Below are positions 39,683 to 51,674 of a stretch of 64,000 nucleotides of DNA, in pieces (the stretch's first letter is position 1; each line of letters starts with the position of its first letter). This DNA comes from Nitrospirota bacterium. Lineage in GTDB: Bacteria; Nitrospirota; Nitrospiria; Nitrospirales; Nitrospiraceae. The DNA lies in NCBI GenBank assembly GCA_963701855.1, contig CAVPBK010000014.1, positions 53,719 through 117,718 of the forward strand, in the 5' to 3' direction. Position numbers and translations under genes: made by a program. The notes below the pieces were generated by a model that had not been told where the DNA came from, ran no database searches, and worked only from the letters and a program-made list of their open reading frames with translations.

Positions 39683-41494
39683 ATGAGCCAGGATTTGCAA
39701 AGCCTCATACGCAATTTTTCGATTATTGCCCATATCGATCACGGCAAATCAACTCTCGCTGACCGGTTCCTGGAAGCCACGGGCGCAGTCACGGCCCGAG
39801 AATCGAAAGACCAGATTCTCGACGCGATGGACTTGGAGCGTGAACGCGGAATCACAATCAAGGCCCATGCGGTCGCAGTCCGGTATAAGGCTAAGGACGG
39901 GAAGACGTATGCCTTGCATTTGATCGATACTCCGGGGCACGTCGACTTTACCTATGAAGTTTCGCGCAGTTTGGCGGCTTGTGAAGGTGCGCTCTTGCTT
40001 GTCGATGCCACGCAGGGGGTGCAGGCCCAGACGATCGCCAATGTGAATCTGGCGATGGCCAATAATCTGACTATTATCCCTGTTATCAATAAGATCGATT
40101 TGGCGAGTGCGGATGTTGAGGGGACGAAGCAATCGATCTCGGAAATCCTGCAGCTTGATGCCAGCGATGCGCTGCCCATCAGCGCAAAGGAGGGAAAGGG
40201 TGTGCCAGAGGTGTTGGAGGCGATCATTGCGCGGATTCCACCTCCGTCCGGCAATCCCGATGCGCCGCTCAAGTCACTCATTTTCGATTCCTGGTTCGAC
40301 AATTATCAAGGGGTGATCGTGCTGACGAGAGTGGTGGACGGAGCCCTGCGGCCTGGGATGAAGATCAAAGTCATGTCGAACGACCGGACGTTCGAAGTGA
40401 TGGAAGTCGGCCATTTTACTCCGAAGAGAACCAAAAAGACCGAGCTGTTAACCGGCCAGGTCGGGTACCTCTGCGCGAACATGAGAGAAGTCGCGGACGT
40501 CAAAATCGGCGATACGCTCACGGATGCGGTCTCGCCCACGAGCGCGCCCTTCCCTGGGTATAAAGAAGTGAAGCCGCTGGTGTTCTGCGGTCTCTATCCT
40601 ACCGACACCGGCCGGTACGAAGATTTGCGGGATGCGCTGGTCAAGCTGCGGTTGAACGATTCCTCGTTCGTCTATGAGCCGGAAACGTCCCTCGCGTTGG
40701 GGTTCGGGTTTCGATGCGGCTTCTTGGGCCTGTTGCACATGGAAATCATTCAGGAGCGGCTCGAGCGTGAATATAACCTGACGCTGCTCACCACCGCGCC
40801 GACCGTTGTCTATCGCGTGCTGACGACCAAGGGCGAGGTGCTGGAGGTCAATAACCCGACGCAACTCCCGCCTCCCAGCAGTATCGACTCGTTTGAGGAG
40901 CCGTTTATTCTGGCGTCGATCATTACTCCCGAACGGTATATGGGGGCTATCCTCCAGCTCTGTCAGGAACGCCGAGGGATTCAGCAGGGCATGCAATTTC
41001 TCGATCCGACCAGAGTGATGATCAATTATGAGTTGCCGCTCAACGAAGTCATTCTTGATTTTTACGATAAGCTCAAGTCGCGCACACAAGGCTATGCCTC
41101 GCTCGATTATGAGCTGCTCGGCTATCGCGAGTCCGATCTCGTGAGGCTCGATATTCTCTTGAACGGCGAGGCGGTCGATGCCTTGTCGTTTATCACCCAC
41201 AAAGACCGTTCTATTCAGCGTGGGCGTCTGCTCGCCGAGAAAATGAAGGAACTCATTCCACGGCAGATGTATGAGATTGCCATTCAGGCGGCGATCGGGA
41301 GCAAGATCATTGCGCGCGAGACGATCGGAGCGATGAAGAAGAACGTGCTGGCGAAATGCTACGGCGGTGATATTACGCGGAAACGCAAGCTCTTAGAGAA
41401 ACAGAAGGAAGGGAAGAAGCGCATGAAATCGGTCGGGAGCGTGGAAGTGCCGCAAGAGGCCTTTCTCGCCATCTTGAAAGTCGGTGAGGAATGA
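39683..41494 (+). CDS. lepA: elongation factor 4
   Basis: [36 protein letters not shown]. Confidence 0.98.
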   Translation: MSQDLQSLIRNFSIIAHIDHGKSTLADRFLEATGAVTARESKDQILDAMDLERERGITIKAHAVAVRYKAKDGKTYALHLIDTPGHVDFTYEVSRSLAACEGALLLVDATQGVQAQTIANVNLAMANNLTIIPVINKIDLASADVEGTKQSISEILQLDASDALPISAKEGKGVPEVLEAIIARIPPPSGNPDAPLKSLIFDSWFDNYQGVIVLTRVVDGALRPGMKIKVMSNDRTFEVMEVGHFTPKRTKKTELLTGQVGYLCANMREVADVKIGDTLTDAVSPTSAPFPGYKEVKPLVFCGLYPTDTGRYEDLRDALVKLRLNDSSFVYEPETSLALGFGFRCGFLGLLHMEIIQERLEREYNLTLLTTAPTVVYRVLTTKGEVLEVNNPTQLPPPSSIDSFEEPFILASIITPERYMGAILQLCQERRGIQQGMQFLDPTRVMINYELPLNEVILDFYDKLKSRTQGYASLDYELLGYRESDLVRLDILLNGEAVDALSFITHKDRSIQRGRLLAEKMKELIPRQMYEIAIQAAIGSKIIARETIGAMKKNVLAKCYGGDITRKRKLLEKQKEGKKRMKSVGSVEVPQEAFLAILKVGEE

Positions 41495-42270
41495 GCGGGG
41501 ACACGAAGCATCCCCCATCGGACGATCTCAGGCCCGGGACTCAACAGGGGCCGACGGATGCCGCAGGCGCGCCGGTGGTGTTCGCCGAGCCGTCGACGGT
41601 GGCACGGCTGGGCAAGAAGTCGCTCTTTCGCGAGTACGGAGAGGCCATTGTCGTGGCGATGCTCTTGGCCTTTGCGATTCGAGTGTTTGTCGTCCAGGCC
41701 TTCAAGATTCCCTCCGGCTCGATGATTCCCACGCTGTTGATCGGGGATCATATCCTGGTCAGCAAGCTGTCCTACGGCATTCAATGGCCCAGCCAGTGCA
41801 AGTTTCAAGCGGGCTTTCCTCCCATCAATTGCTATGCCTCGCAGGCCCTCATCGAGTTCGGCAAGCCGCAGCGGGGAGACATCATCGTGTTCCGTTTTCC
41901 CGAAGACGAGGAAAAGGATTTCATCAAACGGATCGTAGGGACTCCAGGCGATACCATTCAACTTCGTAATAAAGCCGTGCTGGTGAACGGGGTCGAGCTC
42001 AATGATAAATCCTTCACCCAACGGATCGATCCGGGGGTCATCGACGGCACGATTAATCCGCGCGACAATTTCGGGCCGGTGACTGTGCCCGATGGCTCCT
42101 ATTTCGTGATGGGCGACAATCGCGACCAAAGTTTGGACAGCCGGTTTTGGGGATTCGTGCGCGAGGAAAAGGTCCGCGGGAAGGCGTTCCGTATTTACTG
42201 GTCGTGGAACGGGCAAGGCCAAATGACGGAGTGGGTCAGATGGGATCGATTCGGCAAAGCCATTCAATAG
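41491..42270 (+). CDS. lepB: signal peptidase I
   Basis: [32 protein letters not shown]. Confidence 0.96.
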   Translation: MSGDTKHPPSDDLRPGTQQGPTDAAGAPVVFAEPSTVARLGKKSLFREYGEAIVVAMLLAFAIRVFVVQAFKIPSGSMIPTLLIGDHILVSKLSYGIQWPSQCKFQAGFPPINCYASQALIEFGKPQRGDIIVFRFPEDEEKDFIKRIVGTPGDTIQLRNKAVLVNGVELNDKSFTQRIDPGVIDGTINPRDNFGPVTVPDGSYFVMGDNRDQSLDSRFWGFVREEKVRGKAFRIYWSWNGQGQMTEWVRWDRFGKAIQ

Positions 42271-43313
42271 GTAAAGGTAAAGGTACGCGCCAGGCTGCGG
42301 CAGGCTCCGAGGCTCTTGGCAGCGGCGGCGCGGCGTCTCCTCAAGTGCTTCGGCAATACATCTCGCGGTTCCCGCACGCCTCCGTGCTGGTCATTGGCGA
42401 CCTCATCCTCGATCATTATATCTGGGGCCGTGTGAGCCGCATTTCGCCGGAAGCTCCGGTGCCGGTGGTTCATGTCGATTCCGAATCCTTGAGGCTCGGC
42501 GGTGCGGCGAACGTCTTCAATAACATTCTGGCCTTGGGCGGGAAAGCGGACCTCTGCGGCGTTATCGGTTCGGACGAAAGCGGCAGGATGCTTCTCAAAG
42601 AGTTAGGATCGACACGTTCCGGGCGTGGAGGGGTCGTGATCGATCAGGACCGCCCGACCACCAGAAAGTCCCGCGTCATCGCGCATAATCAGCAGATCGT
42701 GCGGTACGATGTGGAACGCCGCGCTGAACTCAAGCCGGCGATGCAAAGGCGGATTCTTCGCTACGTGGAATCGCGGTTACGGGAGCTGTCCTGTCTCGTG
42801 GTGTCGGACTATGCCAAGGGGGTGGTGAGCGCCACGCTGATGTCGGAACTCACGCGGCTCGCCTCACTTCGCGGAATACCCATAGTCGTCGATCCGAAAG
42901 TAGAACACTTCAGTTACTACAAGGGGGCGACGGTCATCACGCCGAACCATCTTGAAGCGACCCAGGCCGCGGGGGTTCATGGCGATGACGATCAGGCCAA
43001 CAACGAGGCCGGTGCGATTATACGACAGCGTTTAGGCTGCCGAGCAGTGCTCATTACGCGCGGCGAAAAGGGGATGAGTTTATATGAGGGAGAGGGCGTC
43101 TCCTGGCACATTCCCACTCAAGCCCGCCAAGTCTTCGATGTCACTGGTGCGGGCGATACGGTGATCGGAACTTTAGCCCTTGCGCTGTCGACCGGCGCTT
43201 CGACGAGAGATGCCGCGACGTTGGCCAACTATGCCGCTGGTGTCGTCGTCGGCATGGTTGGCACGGCGACCCTCTCGGCACAGCAGCTCTCGGAGGCTCT
43301 CGGCAATGACTAA
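42240..43313 (+). CDS. rfaE1: D-glycero-beta-D-manno-heptose-7-phosphate kinase (stand-alone RfaE domain I); start uncertain
   Basis: RISPEAPVPVV, GGAANV, SDYAKG, VFDVTGAGDTV. Confidence 0.92.
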   Translation: MGSIRQSHSIGKGKGTRQAAAGSEALGSGGAASPQVLRQYISRFPHASVLVIGDLILDHYIWGRVSRISPEAPVPVVHVDSESLRLGGAANVFNNILALGGKADLCGVIGSDESGRMLLKELGSTRSGRGGVVIDQDRPTTRKSRVIAHNQQIVRYDVERRAELKPAMQRRILRYVESRLRELSCLVVSDYAKGVVSATLMSELTRLASLRGIPIVVDPKVEHFSYYKGATVITPNHLEATQAAGVHGDDDQANNEAGAIIRQRLGCRAVLITRGEKGMSLYEGEGVSWHIPTQARQVFDVTGAGDTVIGTLALALSTGASTRDAATLANYAAGVVVGMVGTATLSAQQLSEALGND

Positions 43314-44106
43314 GAGCACACCATCCATCATGGTGGTGATCCCGGCCCGATACGGGTCGTCGCGCTTTCCGGGAAAACCTCTTGTCATGATTGGCCGGAA
43401 GCCTATGATCCAGCATGTGTACGAACATGCTGCGGCCTGTCGAGCGGTGGCGGAGGTTCTGGTTGCCACAGATGACGAGCGAATCAAACAGGCTGTGGAA
43501 GGATTTGGCGGGCGCGTTGCGATGGTCGTCGGAGACTATCGGACAGGCACTGATCGAGTCGCCGGAGTGGCTCGCATATTCAGCGGGGATTATTTTATGA
43601 ATCTGCAAGGAGATGAGATCCCCCTGCAGCCTGATTTGTTGACGGATCTCATTGAGCCGTTCATCGAGACCGGCGTAGGAATGGGCACACTGAAACGTGC
43701 ACTCGAGACAACGGAAGATGTCCACAATTCCTCGGTGGTAAAAGTGGTCACGGACCATCTTGGCAACGCTTTGTATTTCTCACGCGCACCGATCCCATTG
43801 GTGCGGGATGACGCCGCTCGCCGAGCGGTCGAAGGGCTGCATTACATTCATCTCGGTCTGTACATGTATCGGCGTGATACCCTGTTGAAGCTGGCGTCCC
43901 TTCCCACCGGACGGTTGGAGGATGCGGAAAAGCTTGAACAGTTGCGCGCGCTGGAGCATGGCATTCCGATCAGAGTCTGGGAAACTGAACATGCCTCCTT
44001 GCGGGTGGATACGCCGGAAGATGTGGAGTCGGCGGCAGAGAAGCTCCAACAGCGTGACGGTATCAAACAAGAGTTGGGCTCGCTGAAGGCAGCCCCTTCT
44101 AGGTAA
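43306..44106 (+). CDS. kdsB: 3-deoxy-manno-octulosonate cytidylyltransferase
   Basis: [41 protein letters not shown]. Confidence 0.96.
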   Translation: MTKSTPSIMVVIPARYGSSRFPGKPLVMIGRKPMIQHVYEHAAACRAVAEVLVATDDERIKQAVEGFGGRVAMVVGDYRTGTDRVAGVARIFSGDYFMNLQGDEIPLQPDLLTDLIEPFIETGVGMGTLKRALETTEDVHNSSVVKVVTDHLGNALYFSRAPIPLVRDDAARRAVEGLHYIHLGLYMYRRDTLLKLASLPTGRLEDAEKLEQLRALEHGIPIRVWETEHASLRVDTPEDVESAAEKLQQRDGIKQELGSLKAAPSR

Positions 44107-44155
44107 GGGTGGCATGCGTGTCAGAATTATACGGTCCGACAAGATGGGGGCTACG

Positions 44156-45757
44156 ATGAGCAAGTTCATTTTTGTCACGGGTGGAGTCGTCTCTTCCTTG
44201 GGGAAAGGACTCGCCTCGGCCTCGATCGGCAATCTGTTGGAGAGTCGAGGATTGAAGATCACGTTCCTCAAACTCGATCCCTATATCAATGTCGATCCCG
44301 GCACGATGAATCCCTATCAACATGGGGAAGTCTACGTGACGGACGATGGAGCGGAAACAGATCTGGACCTCGGTCACTATGAACGGTATACGTCTCTGAC
44401 CCTCACCAAAGAGAACAACTACACGACCGGCAGGATCTACCATTCGGTCATTACGAAAGAGCGTCACGGCGACTACCTCGGCGGAACGGTGCAGGTGGTG
44501 CCCCACGTCACCGACGAGATCAAACAGTGCATCATGCGCATCTCCCAGGGGATGGATGTGACGATTGTTGAAATCGGTGGCACAGTCGGCGACATCGAGA
44601 GCCTGCCCTTCCTCGAAGCAATCCGCCAGATGCCGTACGACGTCGGTCGCGAAAACGTGCTCTATGTCCATCTGACGCTGGTGCCGTATATCGGCACAGC
44701 CGGTGAGCTGAAGACCAAGCCGACGCAGCACTCCGTCAACAAGCTCAGGGAGATCGGTATTCAGCCGCATATTCTTCTCTGCCGGACGGATCGGTATCTG
44801 CCTCCGGAACTTAAGGGGAAGATTGCGATGTTCTGCAATGTCGAGAAAGACGCGGTGATTACGGCCAAGGACGTCGAAACAATTTATGAAGTGCCGATCG
44901 TGTTCCGTAAAGAAGGGCTGGACGAGTTGATCGTGCGCCTTCTCCAACTCAAGACTGGTCCGCCAAATCTGCGCGAATGGGATGCGATGGTCCAGAAGAT
45001 CAAGTATCCCAAGCATGAAGTCTCAGTCGCTCTGGTCGGCAAGTACGCGGGATTGAAGGAATGCTACAAGAGTCTCTCCGAGTCGCTCGTCCATGGTGGC
45101 ATCGACCATGAAACGCGAGTGAACGTCCAGTGGATTGAATCGGAGGAGATTGAGCGGCAAGGGACTGAGCGTATCCTGCGCGAGGTCGATGGTATCCTGG
45201 TTCCCGGAGGGTTTGGCTCGCGTGGCATTGAAGGAAAGATTGCCGCGATTCGATACGCCCGGGAACACCAGATTCCGTTTCTCGGCTTGTGCCTGGGCAT
45301 GCAGTGCGCGACGATCGAGTTTGCGCGGAATGTGGCCCGGCTGACCGGTGCCAACAGCGCGGAATTCGACGAAGCTTCCCCCCATCCCGTCATTCATTTG
45401 ATGTCGGATCAGCAATCCGTCAGCGACAAGGGCGGGACGATGCGGCTTGGGTCCTATGTCTGTGTGCTGGGGGAGGGAACTCTGGCTCAAAAAATGTACG
45501 GGGTGAGCGAGGTGCATGAGCGCCATCGGCATCGATACGAATTCAATAACGCATACCGCGAGCAATTACTTGCTAGGGGATTTGTGCTGAGCGGGCTTTC
45601 GCCGGATGGCCGGCTTGTCGAGATCATCGAATTGAAGAACCATCCCTGGTTCCTCGCGACGCAGTTCCATCCGGAATATAATTCGCGGCCACACCGTCCG
45701 CATCCGTTGTTTAGTGGATTTGTGGGAGCGGCGCTGCGCCGCAAATGCGGCCACTAA
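44156..45757 (+). CDS. pyrG: CTP synthase
   Basis: [32 protein letters not shown]. Confidence 0.98.
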   Translation: MSKFIFVTGGVVSSLGKGLASASIGNLLESRGLKITFLKLDPYINVDPGTMNPYQHGEVYVTDDGAETDLDLGHYERYTSLTLTKENNYTTGRIYHSVITKERHGDYLGGTVQVVPHVTDEIKQCIMRISQGMDVTIVEIGGTVGDIESLPFLEAIRQMPYDVGRENVLYVHLTLVPYIGTAGELKTKPTQHSVNKLREIGIQPHILLCRTDRYLPPELKGKIAMFCNVEKDAVITAKDVETIYEVPIVFRKEGLDELIVRLLQLKTGPPNLREWDAMVQKIKYPKHEVSVALVGKYAGLKECYKSLSESLVHGGIDHETRVNVQWIESEEIERQGTERILREVDGILVPGGFGSRGIEGKIAAIRYAREHQIPFLGLCLGMQCATIEFARNVARLTGANSAEFDEASPHPVIHLMSDQQSVSDKGGTMRLGSYVCVLGEGTLAQKMYGVSEVHERHRHRYEFNNAYREQLLARGFVLSGLSPDGRLVEIIELKNHPWFLATQFHPEYNSRPHRPHPLFSGFVGAALRRKCGH

Positions 45758-45909
45758 GTTGCGAGGCTGAAACTGCCTTCCAACGGCGTTCTCGGGTCGT
45801 CGAAATCCTCAACGTAGCCGAGAGGCTACGCCTCCGGTTTCGACTCACCTGCAGCCTTGTTGGAAAGTCAGTTTGAGCCTTGCAACGAAAACAGATAGAT
45901 TTGAAATCC

Positions 45910-46737
45910 ATGGCACACGAAGTTCAAATCGGTTCATTTAAAGTCGGTGCAGGAAACCGGCCGTTTTTGATTGCCGGGCCTTGTGTCATCGAGAGTGAAC
46001 AGCTTGTGTTGGAGACGGCAGCGCGCATTGCTGAGATTGCCAAGGCTTTGGGCATGCCCTATATCTTCAAATCGTCCTTCGATAAAGCGAACCGTACCTC
46101 CATCAATTCCTATCGCGGACCTGGCCTCGAAAAAGGCTTGGCGGTCTTGAAGAAGGTCAAGGATCAACTAGGCCTTCCTGTTTTGACGGATGTCCATACG
46201 GAAGAACAGGCGACTGAGGCAGGGAAGATCGTGGACGTGCTCCAGATCCCCGCGTTTCTCTGCCGGCAGACCGACTTGATCATTGCAGCAGCGAAGACCG
46301 GCAAAGTTGTGAACGTAAAGAAGGGCCAGTTCCTTTCTCCGCAAGAAATGGGCAATGCGGTGAAAAAAGTGGAAGAGGCCGGAAGCAGGCGGATCGTCCT
46401 GACCGAACGAGGATCGTCGTTCGGTTACAACAATCTTGTCGTCGATATGCGGTCCTTCCCGGTCCTTCGGAGTTTCGGCTATCCGGTGGTCTTCGATGCC
46501 ACCCATAGTGTGCAGTTACCGGGCGGTGGGGGAACCAAATCCAGTGGACAGCGTGAATTCGTCGAGCCATTGGCCTGCGCGGCAGCCGGCGTTGGGGTCG
46601 ATGGCTTCTTCATGGAGGTCCATCCCAATCCTGACGAGGCCTTATCGGATGGACCCAATATGGTTCCGCTCCATCAGCTTAAAGCTTTACTAGAACGGGT
46701 CATGCGGATATGCGACGCGTCACATCCTCGAAAGTAA
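45910..46737 (+). CDS. kdsA: KDO 8-phosphate synthase
   Basis: [31 protein letters not shown]. Confidence 0.97.
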   Translation: MAHEVQIGSFKVGAGNRPFLIAGPCVIESEQLVLETAARIAEIAKALGMPYIFKSSFDKANRTSINSYRGPGLEKGLAVLKKVKDQLGLPVLTDVHTEEQATEAGKIVDVLQIPAFLCRQTDLIIAAAKTGKVVNVKKGQFLSPQEMGNAVKKVEEAGSRRIVLTERGSSFGYNNLVVDMRSFPVLRSFGYPVVFDATHSVQLPGGGGTKSSGQREFVEPLACAAAGVGVDGFFMEVHPNPDEALSDGPNMVPLHQLKALLERVMRICDASHPRK

Positions 46738-47738
46738 CCAAGCCGAACGGCGCTCGATTGGCGATGCCAAAGAGCCGAACCAGCCTCGATGCAGGCCGGC
46801 GCGTGCTGGACATCGAAGCGCGTGCCGTCCAGGCCCTCATTCAAAGGCTCGATGGCGGTTTCTCGGATGCCGTGGATCTACTCTATGACTGCAAGGGCAA
46901 AGTCGTCATCTCGGGCATGGGTAAGTCCGGTTTGATCGGGCAGAAGATCGCCGCTACGATGGCGAGCACCGGGACGCCGTCGTTTTTTCTTCACCCGGCC
47001 GAAGGGCTTCACGGCGATCTCGGTATGTTGGCACGCCGGGATGTGCTCATCGCGATTTCGAATAGCGGAGAGACGCAGGAAATTTTGCAGCTGTTGCCAT
47101 TCATGGAGCGCATGGGTATTCCTGTCGTGTCCATCGTTGGACGAATGGGTTCGACGCTGGCCAAGAATAGCGCCGTCGCGTTGGATGTGTCCGTCGCAGA
47201 AGAAGCCTGCCCCATGGGACTCGCGCCGACGGCGAGCACGACGGCGACACTTGCCATGGGCGACGCCTTGGCCGTGGCCTTGCTCGAGAAACGCGGGTTT
47301 AAGGAGCAGGATTTCGCGCAATTCCATCCTGGCGGGACACTCGGACGCCGGTTGCTGGTGAAAGTGCGGGACGTCATGCACAGGGGGCAGGAGTTGCCTC
47401 AAGTGCAGGAGATGGTCTTAGGCTCGGTAGCTATTCTCGAAATGTCGGCGAAAAAACTCGGCATGACCACAGTGGTCGATCGAGCCGGGACACTCCTGGG
47501 GGTGATTACTGACGGAGATCTGCGGCGGTTTCTCCAACAGGGCGGGGATTTCTCTAAGGTCACTGCCGGGTCGCTGGCCTCGCGCCGGCCCAAGTTGATC
47601 GGACCGGATGAGCTGGCAGCCAAGGCGGTCGAAATGATGGAGCGCTACGCCATTACCACGCTCGTCGTTGCAGACAACGCCAAACGAATTGCCGGGGTCG
47701 TGCATCTGCATGATTTACTCAAGCACGGCATCGTCTAG
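46710..47738 (+). CDS. kdsD: arabinose 5-phosphate isomerase (KpsF/GutQ family; SIS + CBS); start may be 46764
   Basis: [34 protein letters not shown] pair. Confidence 0.94.
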   Translation: MRRVTSSKVTKPNGARLAMPKSRTSLDAGRRVLDIEARAVQALIQRLDGGFSDAVDLLYDCKGKVVISGMGKSGLIGQKIAATMASTGTPSFFLHPAEGLHGDLGMLARRDVLIAISNSGETQEILQLLPFMERMGIPVVSIVGRMGSTLAKNSAVALDVSVAEEACPMGLAPTASTTATLAMGDALAVALLEKRGFKEQDFAQFHPGGTLGRRLLVKVRDVMHRGQELPQVQEMVLGSVAILEMSAKKLGMTTVVDRAGTLLGVITDGDLRRFLQQGGDFSKVTAGSLASRRPKLIGPDELAAKAVEMMERYAITTLVVADNAKRIAGVVHLHDLLKHGIV

Positions 47739-47895
47739 CGGGATGATCAAGAGTTCGCGGACCGGGAAATGCTGAAGGGTAAGCGATGAACGATGAACAC
47801 AGCAACGATTGTCACTTTCGCGTTTCTCGTTCAGAATAAAACTGTTTACTTGCTGCGTTGAGTGCTACGCAACCGTCCAACGGAATGGGTTATCA

Positions 47896-48492
47896 ATGAA
47901 TCGCGTATTGGCAGTATGGAGATCGGTCGGGCAGGAATCGCTCAACCTGCCGAATTTCATTACGCTCACGCGCATCCTCTTGATCCCAGTCTTTGTGGTA
48001 CTGTTTGCCACGCCGACTCCGAACCGATCTCTCAGCGCGGCCCTCGTCTTTGTCGTTGCAGCGGTCACCGATTTGTTGGATGGCTATCTGGCTCGCCGTA
48101 ATGGCCAAGTGACCACACTCGGGAAGCTTCTTGATCCCATCGCCGATAAGTTGTTGGTCCTCTCCGCTTTGATTCTCTTGGTCAACGTCGATCGTGTGAG
48201 TGCACTGGTTGCGATATTGATCATCGCGCGTGAAGTTGCGGTCACGGGTATTCGAGCCATTGCCGCAGGCGAAGGCATGGTGATGGCAGCTGAGACGACG
48301 GGCAAGTACAAGATGGCGTTACAGGTCGTGGCGATCGTGCTGTTGATTCTCGAGGACACGTTCTTCTCCGATTTCGGCAATCTGCATCTTGCCGGTATCG
48401 TCACGCTCTATCTCTCGCTGGTGCTCGGCTACGTTTCAGGCGGTCAGTATGTGTGGAGCTTCTGGAGGCAGGTTGTAGCCAAGGGGCTATAG
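47896..48492 (+). CDS. pgsA: CDP-diacylglycerol--glycerol-3-phosphate 3-phosphatidyltransferase
   Basis: NLPNFITLTR, TDLLDGYLAR..GKLLDPIADK. Confidence 0.95.
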   Translation: MNRVLAVWRSVGQESLNLPNFITLTRILLIPVFVVLFATPTPNRSLSAALVFVVAAVTDLLDGYLARRNGQVTTLGKLLDPIADKLLVLSALILLVNVDRVSALVAILIIAREVAVTGIRAIAAGEGMVMAAETTGKYKMALQVVAIVLLILEDTFFSDFGNLHLAGIVTLYLSLVLGYVSGGQYVWSFWRQVVAKGL

Positions 48493-48636
48493 CTCGTTTC
48501 TCTGGTCTTTTTGGTTTGTCTCGTTTACTTCGTTGGTCTGGTCTATCTGGTTTGTTTTGTTCGTTTCCTTCGTTCGGTCGGTGAACCAGATGAACCAGAT
48601 AAACGAGATGAACCAAACAAACCAGATAGACCGAGT
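48493..48636. repeat. degenerate 9-mer tandem array with inverted second arm
   Basis: CTGGTCTAT/TTGGTTTGT-like units, then AACCAGATG/AACCAAACA units. Confidence 0.75.
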
Positions 48637-48676
48637 TTACTCGGTGTGCGCGCCTCCCCTCACGATTCCCTGATCC

Positions 48677-49285
48677 ATGAATGAAGACCTTCTCTGGGCG
48701 TTGATGACGGTGCTCGGCTATCTGCTGGGGGCCATTCCCTTTGGCATCGTGGTATCGAAGGCGATGGGACTACCCGATCCGCGAACTGTGGGGAGCAAGA
48801 ACGTCGGTTTTACCAACGTCTTGCGCGTGTCCGGCAAGAAAGCGGGGATACTCACGCTTCTTGGCGACATGGGCAAGGGGTGGGTGATTGGTTGGGCAGC
48901 GATGCAGTGGCTCACCGATGAATCCTACATCATGGTCGTCGCGCTCGCGCCGATTCTCGGGCACCTCTTCTCACCGTTCCTAGGTTTCAAAGGAGGGAAG
49001 GGTGTGGCGACGGCCGTGGGCGCGGTGCTAGGGTTATCTCCTTCCATCGGACTCCTCTTGTTGTTGATCTGGTTGGGGGCTGTCGCGATCTGGCGCTATT
49101 CATCCGGTGGCGCGCTGGCAGCCTTCGGGTGCTTTCCGGTCGTGGCGATCGTGAACGAGCAGAGACAAGAGTTTTTTATCTTTTCTCTGCTCGTCAGCAC
49201 GCTGATCTGGATCAAGCACAAGGATAATATCGCCCGGCTGTGGAAGGGGACGGAGAGTAAAATAGGGGGAAAGAAGCAGGGATAG
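48677..49285 (+). CDS. plsY: glycerol-3-phosphate acyltransferase PlsY
   Basis: YLLGAIPFG, GSKNVG.TNVLR, FKGGKGVAT, KH..NI.RL. Confidence 0.95.
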   Translation: MNEDLLWALMTVLGYLLGAIPFGIVVSKAMGLPDPRTVGSKNVGFTNVLRVSGKKAGILTLLGDMGKGWVIGWAAMQWLTDESYIMVVALAPILGHLFSPFLGFKGGKGVATAVGAVLGLSPSIGLLLLLIWLGAVAIWRYSSGGALAAFGCFPVVAIVNEQRQEFFIFSLLVSTLIWIKHKDNIARLWKGTESKIGGKKQG

Positions 49286-49476
49286 GAGGATAGGGAGCGG
49301 TGAGGCGTCCTTCTTGCTCGCGGAACGCGCACGATGAAATAGTGCTCGTTCGACGCGCGCAGTGAACGACGACCGCACCACTCCCTCTTTTACTTTGGTA
49401 TGGCCAACGATCCAGCCGACCGTGTACAGTCCCTCGCACCCACAGCATTCTTCACAACAACAGGAGGTCAGGTACC

Positions 49477-49840
49477 ATGAACGACATCGACGCTACATCA
49501 CCAGCTGCCACCGAAGACGACTCCGAGCCTATTCAAGACCACGCAGGCAACTCGATATCCTAAGGGAGTGAGAGCACTGCCAGGCCAAGAAGATAGAGGC
49601 AAGTCATTCTCCCATGTCCTCGATCTCGTCAAGGCCCGGCATCCTAAGATCGTCCATCTCTTCGGGGCGAGCGCTGGTCACTATCTCCAGTTCCTCGAAT
49701 CTCAGCTCATGGTCAATGCTCTCCTCTACTGTGATCGCGCTGGGCTCACCGCCTTACCAATCCATGACTGCATCGTTATTCCTCAAGATCAGGAATGTTG
49801 TGCCCCATGGGAACAGGGGAACTGGCACATTCCGCTATAA
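49477..49840 (+). pseudogene. remnant of a mobile-element family-A polymerase-like gene
   Basis: AGGAGG + short ATG ORF, then fragment LQFLESQLM..ALPIHDCI resembling the C-terminal motif C region. Confidence 0.4.
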
Positions 49841-50060
49841 GAGTCACCAGGAGAGTTGTGAGTGAAATGAAACCAGAAAAGTAGGTCGGTGGTAAGTGAC
49901 GATGGGGACGAATCGAGGACATACTACCTCGCAGTGAGATAGGAGGGGTGCGAACGAAGGCGCAAGGGCCGCAGGCGCGGGGGATGGGCAGTAGCCAGAG
50001 TGGTGGATACGTGTACGGCTTTGAGGTAGACTGCCTCCCCAACGGTTCGCCGATCATTCC

Positions 50061-50519
50061 TTGGAAAAGACGCGGATATCATCCATCTTGAGCGAGTTTA
50101 AGAAGGCAATTAGTCTTGTTCTCTTATTAGTCAGTGTCGGAGGCTGCTTCCTGGCTAATCCTTACTACAAGGTCAGCAAGTCAGGAGCAAGTGCGCAGCA
50201 GACCAGTCAAGACAACTTTGAGTGTCAGCACTTCTCACAGGGCCATAACGTCACCGGCATTGCTTCAGGCGGTCAAGGTATCGTGACAGGTAGAGCGGAG
50301 GTAAACCATGATCTCTGGAGGCAGTGTCTAGAGGGCAGAGGGTATCAGGTTTCTAGCCGGAGTTGGTCTGACCATGTGGATGAGAGCAACAGACTGAAGA
50401 CCGAGCGCACTTGGCTGTCTGAACACTCGCAGTCTCTACGCGGGGTTAATATGGAATTCGACAGTCGTATTGATAAGTACAATGCCGATGTTGCTGACTT
50501 CAACACGTGGCAACCCTAG
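50061..50519 (+). CDS. putative lipoprotein of mobile origin
   Basis: Hydrophobic segment + VGGC lipobox; D..EC...CLEGRGY. Confidence 0.55.
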   Translation: MEKTRISSILSEFKKAISLVLLLVSVGGCFLANPYYKVSKSGASAQQTSQDNFECQHFSQGHNVTGIASGGQGIVTGRAEVNHDLWRQCLEGRGYQVSSRSWSDHVDESNRLKTERTWLSEHSQSLRGVNMEFDSRIDKYNADVADFNTWQP

Positions 50520-51592
50520 AGCACGGCCGACGCCTTCAGCACCGCTGGAAACTGTACCTTCTCTATCTCCACCTCTGGAGAGTAGGTGAGACTGGCGAGA
50601 TACACCTGACCCTCAACTCCAGCTCCTAGTCGATGTCCTAGGAGTCGGTGCGTGATCGAGGTATGCACCCTGGCCTTCTCCAAGCGGACAGTCATTGTAT
50701 GTCTGAAACTGTGAAGAAAGATGGCTGGCTCTTTGATACCGGCCTTCTCCAGCAGAAGCGCGAACCACAACGAGACCTTCGTCGATTCCTTGGCGACTAT
50801 CGCCGGGAACACCTTATCGGCAGGAGGGCGAGACTTGAACCAATCCAAGAACCCCGCTTCGATGAGTTGTGAGTGGATCGGCACGACCCGCACCGATGCC
50901 TTGTTCTTCAGCTCTTTGGTATCGCTCTCCTCCAGGTTAATAACCCACACCCCTTCAACTAGCCGAATGTCGCTAGGTAGAAGCTGGACGATCTCTGACA
51001 GCCGAGCCCCTGTGAACATCAGGACCAGCGTGATCCAATAGAACTCTATCCGGCGTGGGTCGCTGGAGTGCCGATGAGGAGCCAGCGCCTTCAGGATCGT
51101 GATTAACTCCGCGTCGGTGAACCCCCGCTTTCTTGTTTTCTGTGATGCAACCAATCTCGCCGGTAGCTGAAGGCCATCGACGGGATTCTTATCCAGATAA
51201 TCGTTCTTCGTCGCCCATCCAAGCCATCCACTCAGCAGGCCTAACTTCTTGGAGATGGTTACTGCCGATGGTTTCTTTCGCTTCGTATGTCCATGCGCTA
51301 GTCCGTTGAGCAGCCGGTTCTTGTACTCCGCTAGCAGCGGCTTGGTGATCTCCCGCATCAGCATGTTCTCGTGAAGGGGCATCACCGTGAGAAAGTTGTT
51401 GATCGCTTGGTTGACATGCCATACGGTCGAAGCCCGCCGATGGCCGAACTCCTGAGCGTACCGATCAATGCAGGCCCTGATAAGCTGCGTGCCGGTCTCC
51501 GTGTCATCGTCGCCATCATCAAGATAGATTGGCTCACCCGTGGCACTCTCCACCCATCCAACATGCGGTGTTGGGTCGTACTCCTCTAGCAA
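50516..51592 (-). CDS. tyrosine recombinase/integrase, probably N-terminally truncated
   Basis: TGARLSE, K, HSFRH, LLGH, Y catalytic set. Confidence 0.85.
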   Translation of the reverse strand: MLEEYDPTPHVGWVESATGEPIYLDDGDDDTETGTQLIRACIDRYAQEFGHRRASTVWHVNQAINNFLTVMPLHENMLMREITKPLLAEYKNRLLNGLAHGHTKRKKPSAVTISKKLGLLSGWLGWATKNDYLDKNPVDGLQLPARLVASQKTRKRGFTDAELITILKALAPHRHSSDPRRIEFYWITLVLMFTGARLSEIVQLLPSDIRLVEGVWVINLEESDTKELKNKASVRVVPIHSQLIEAGFLDWFKSRPPADKVFPAIVAKESTKVSLWFALLLEKAGIKEPAIFLHSFRHTMTVRLEKARVHTSITHRLLGHRLGAGVEGQVYLASLTYSPEVEIEKVQFPAVLKASAVL

Positions 51593-51674
51593 AGGCCCGG
51601 TGGGTCTCGGTTGCGGCGCGGCGCGGTGCGGTAGGCACGAGGCTTGGGTTTTTTCAGTGAGGATATAACCGAAT

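Noticed and set aside
41359..45016. Long antisense ORFs (e.g. 41359..42267, 44099..45016; likewise 13408..14304 and 61691..62536)
   Set aside because: Shadow frames of well-supported genes in GC-rich DNA, with no motifs
48493..48636. Possible CRISPR array
   Set aside because: Units are 9-nt degenerate tandem repeats without spacers; no cas genes in the window
49370..49380. CGCACCA as a 3' tRNA-Arg duplicate (att site) closing the 49-56 kb island
   Set aside because: Only 7 nt match, and it lies at the edge of a dispersed repeat
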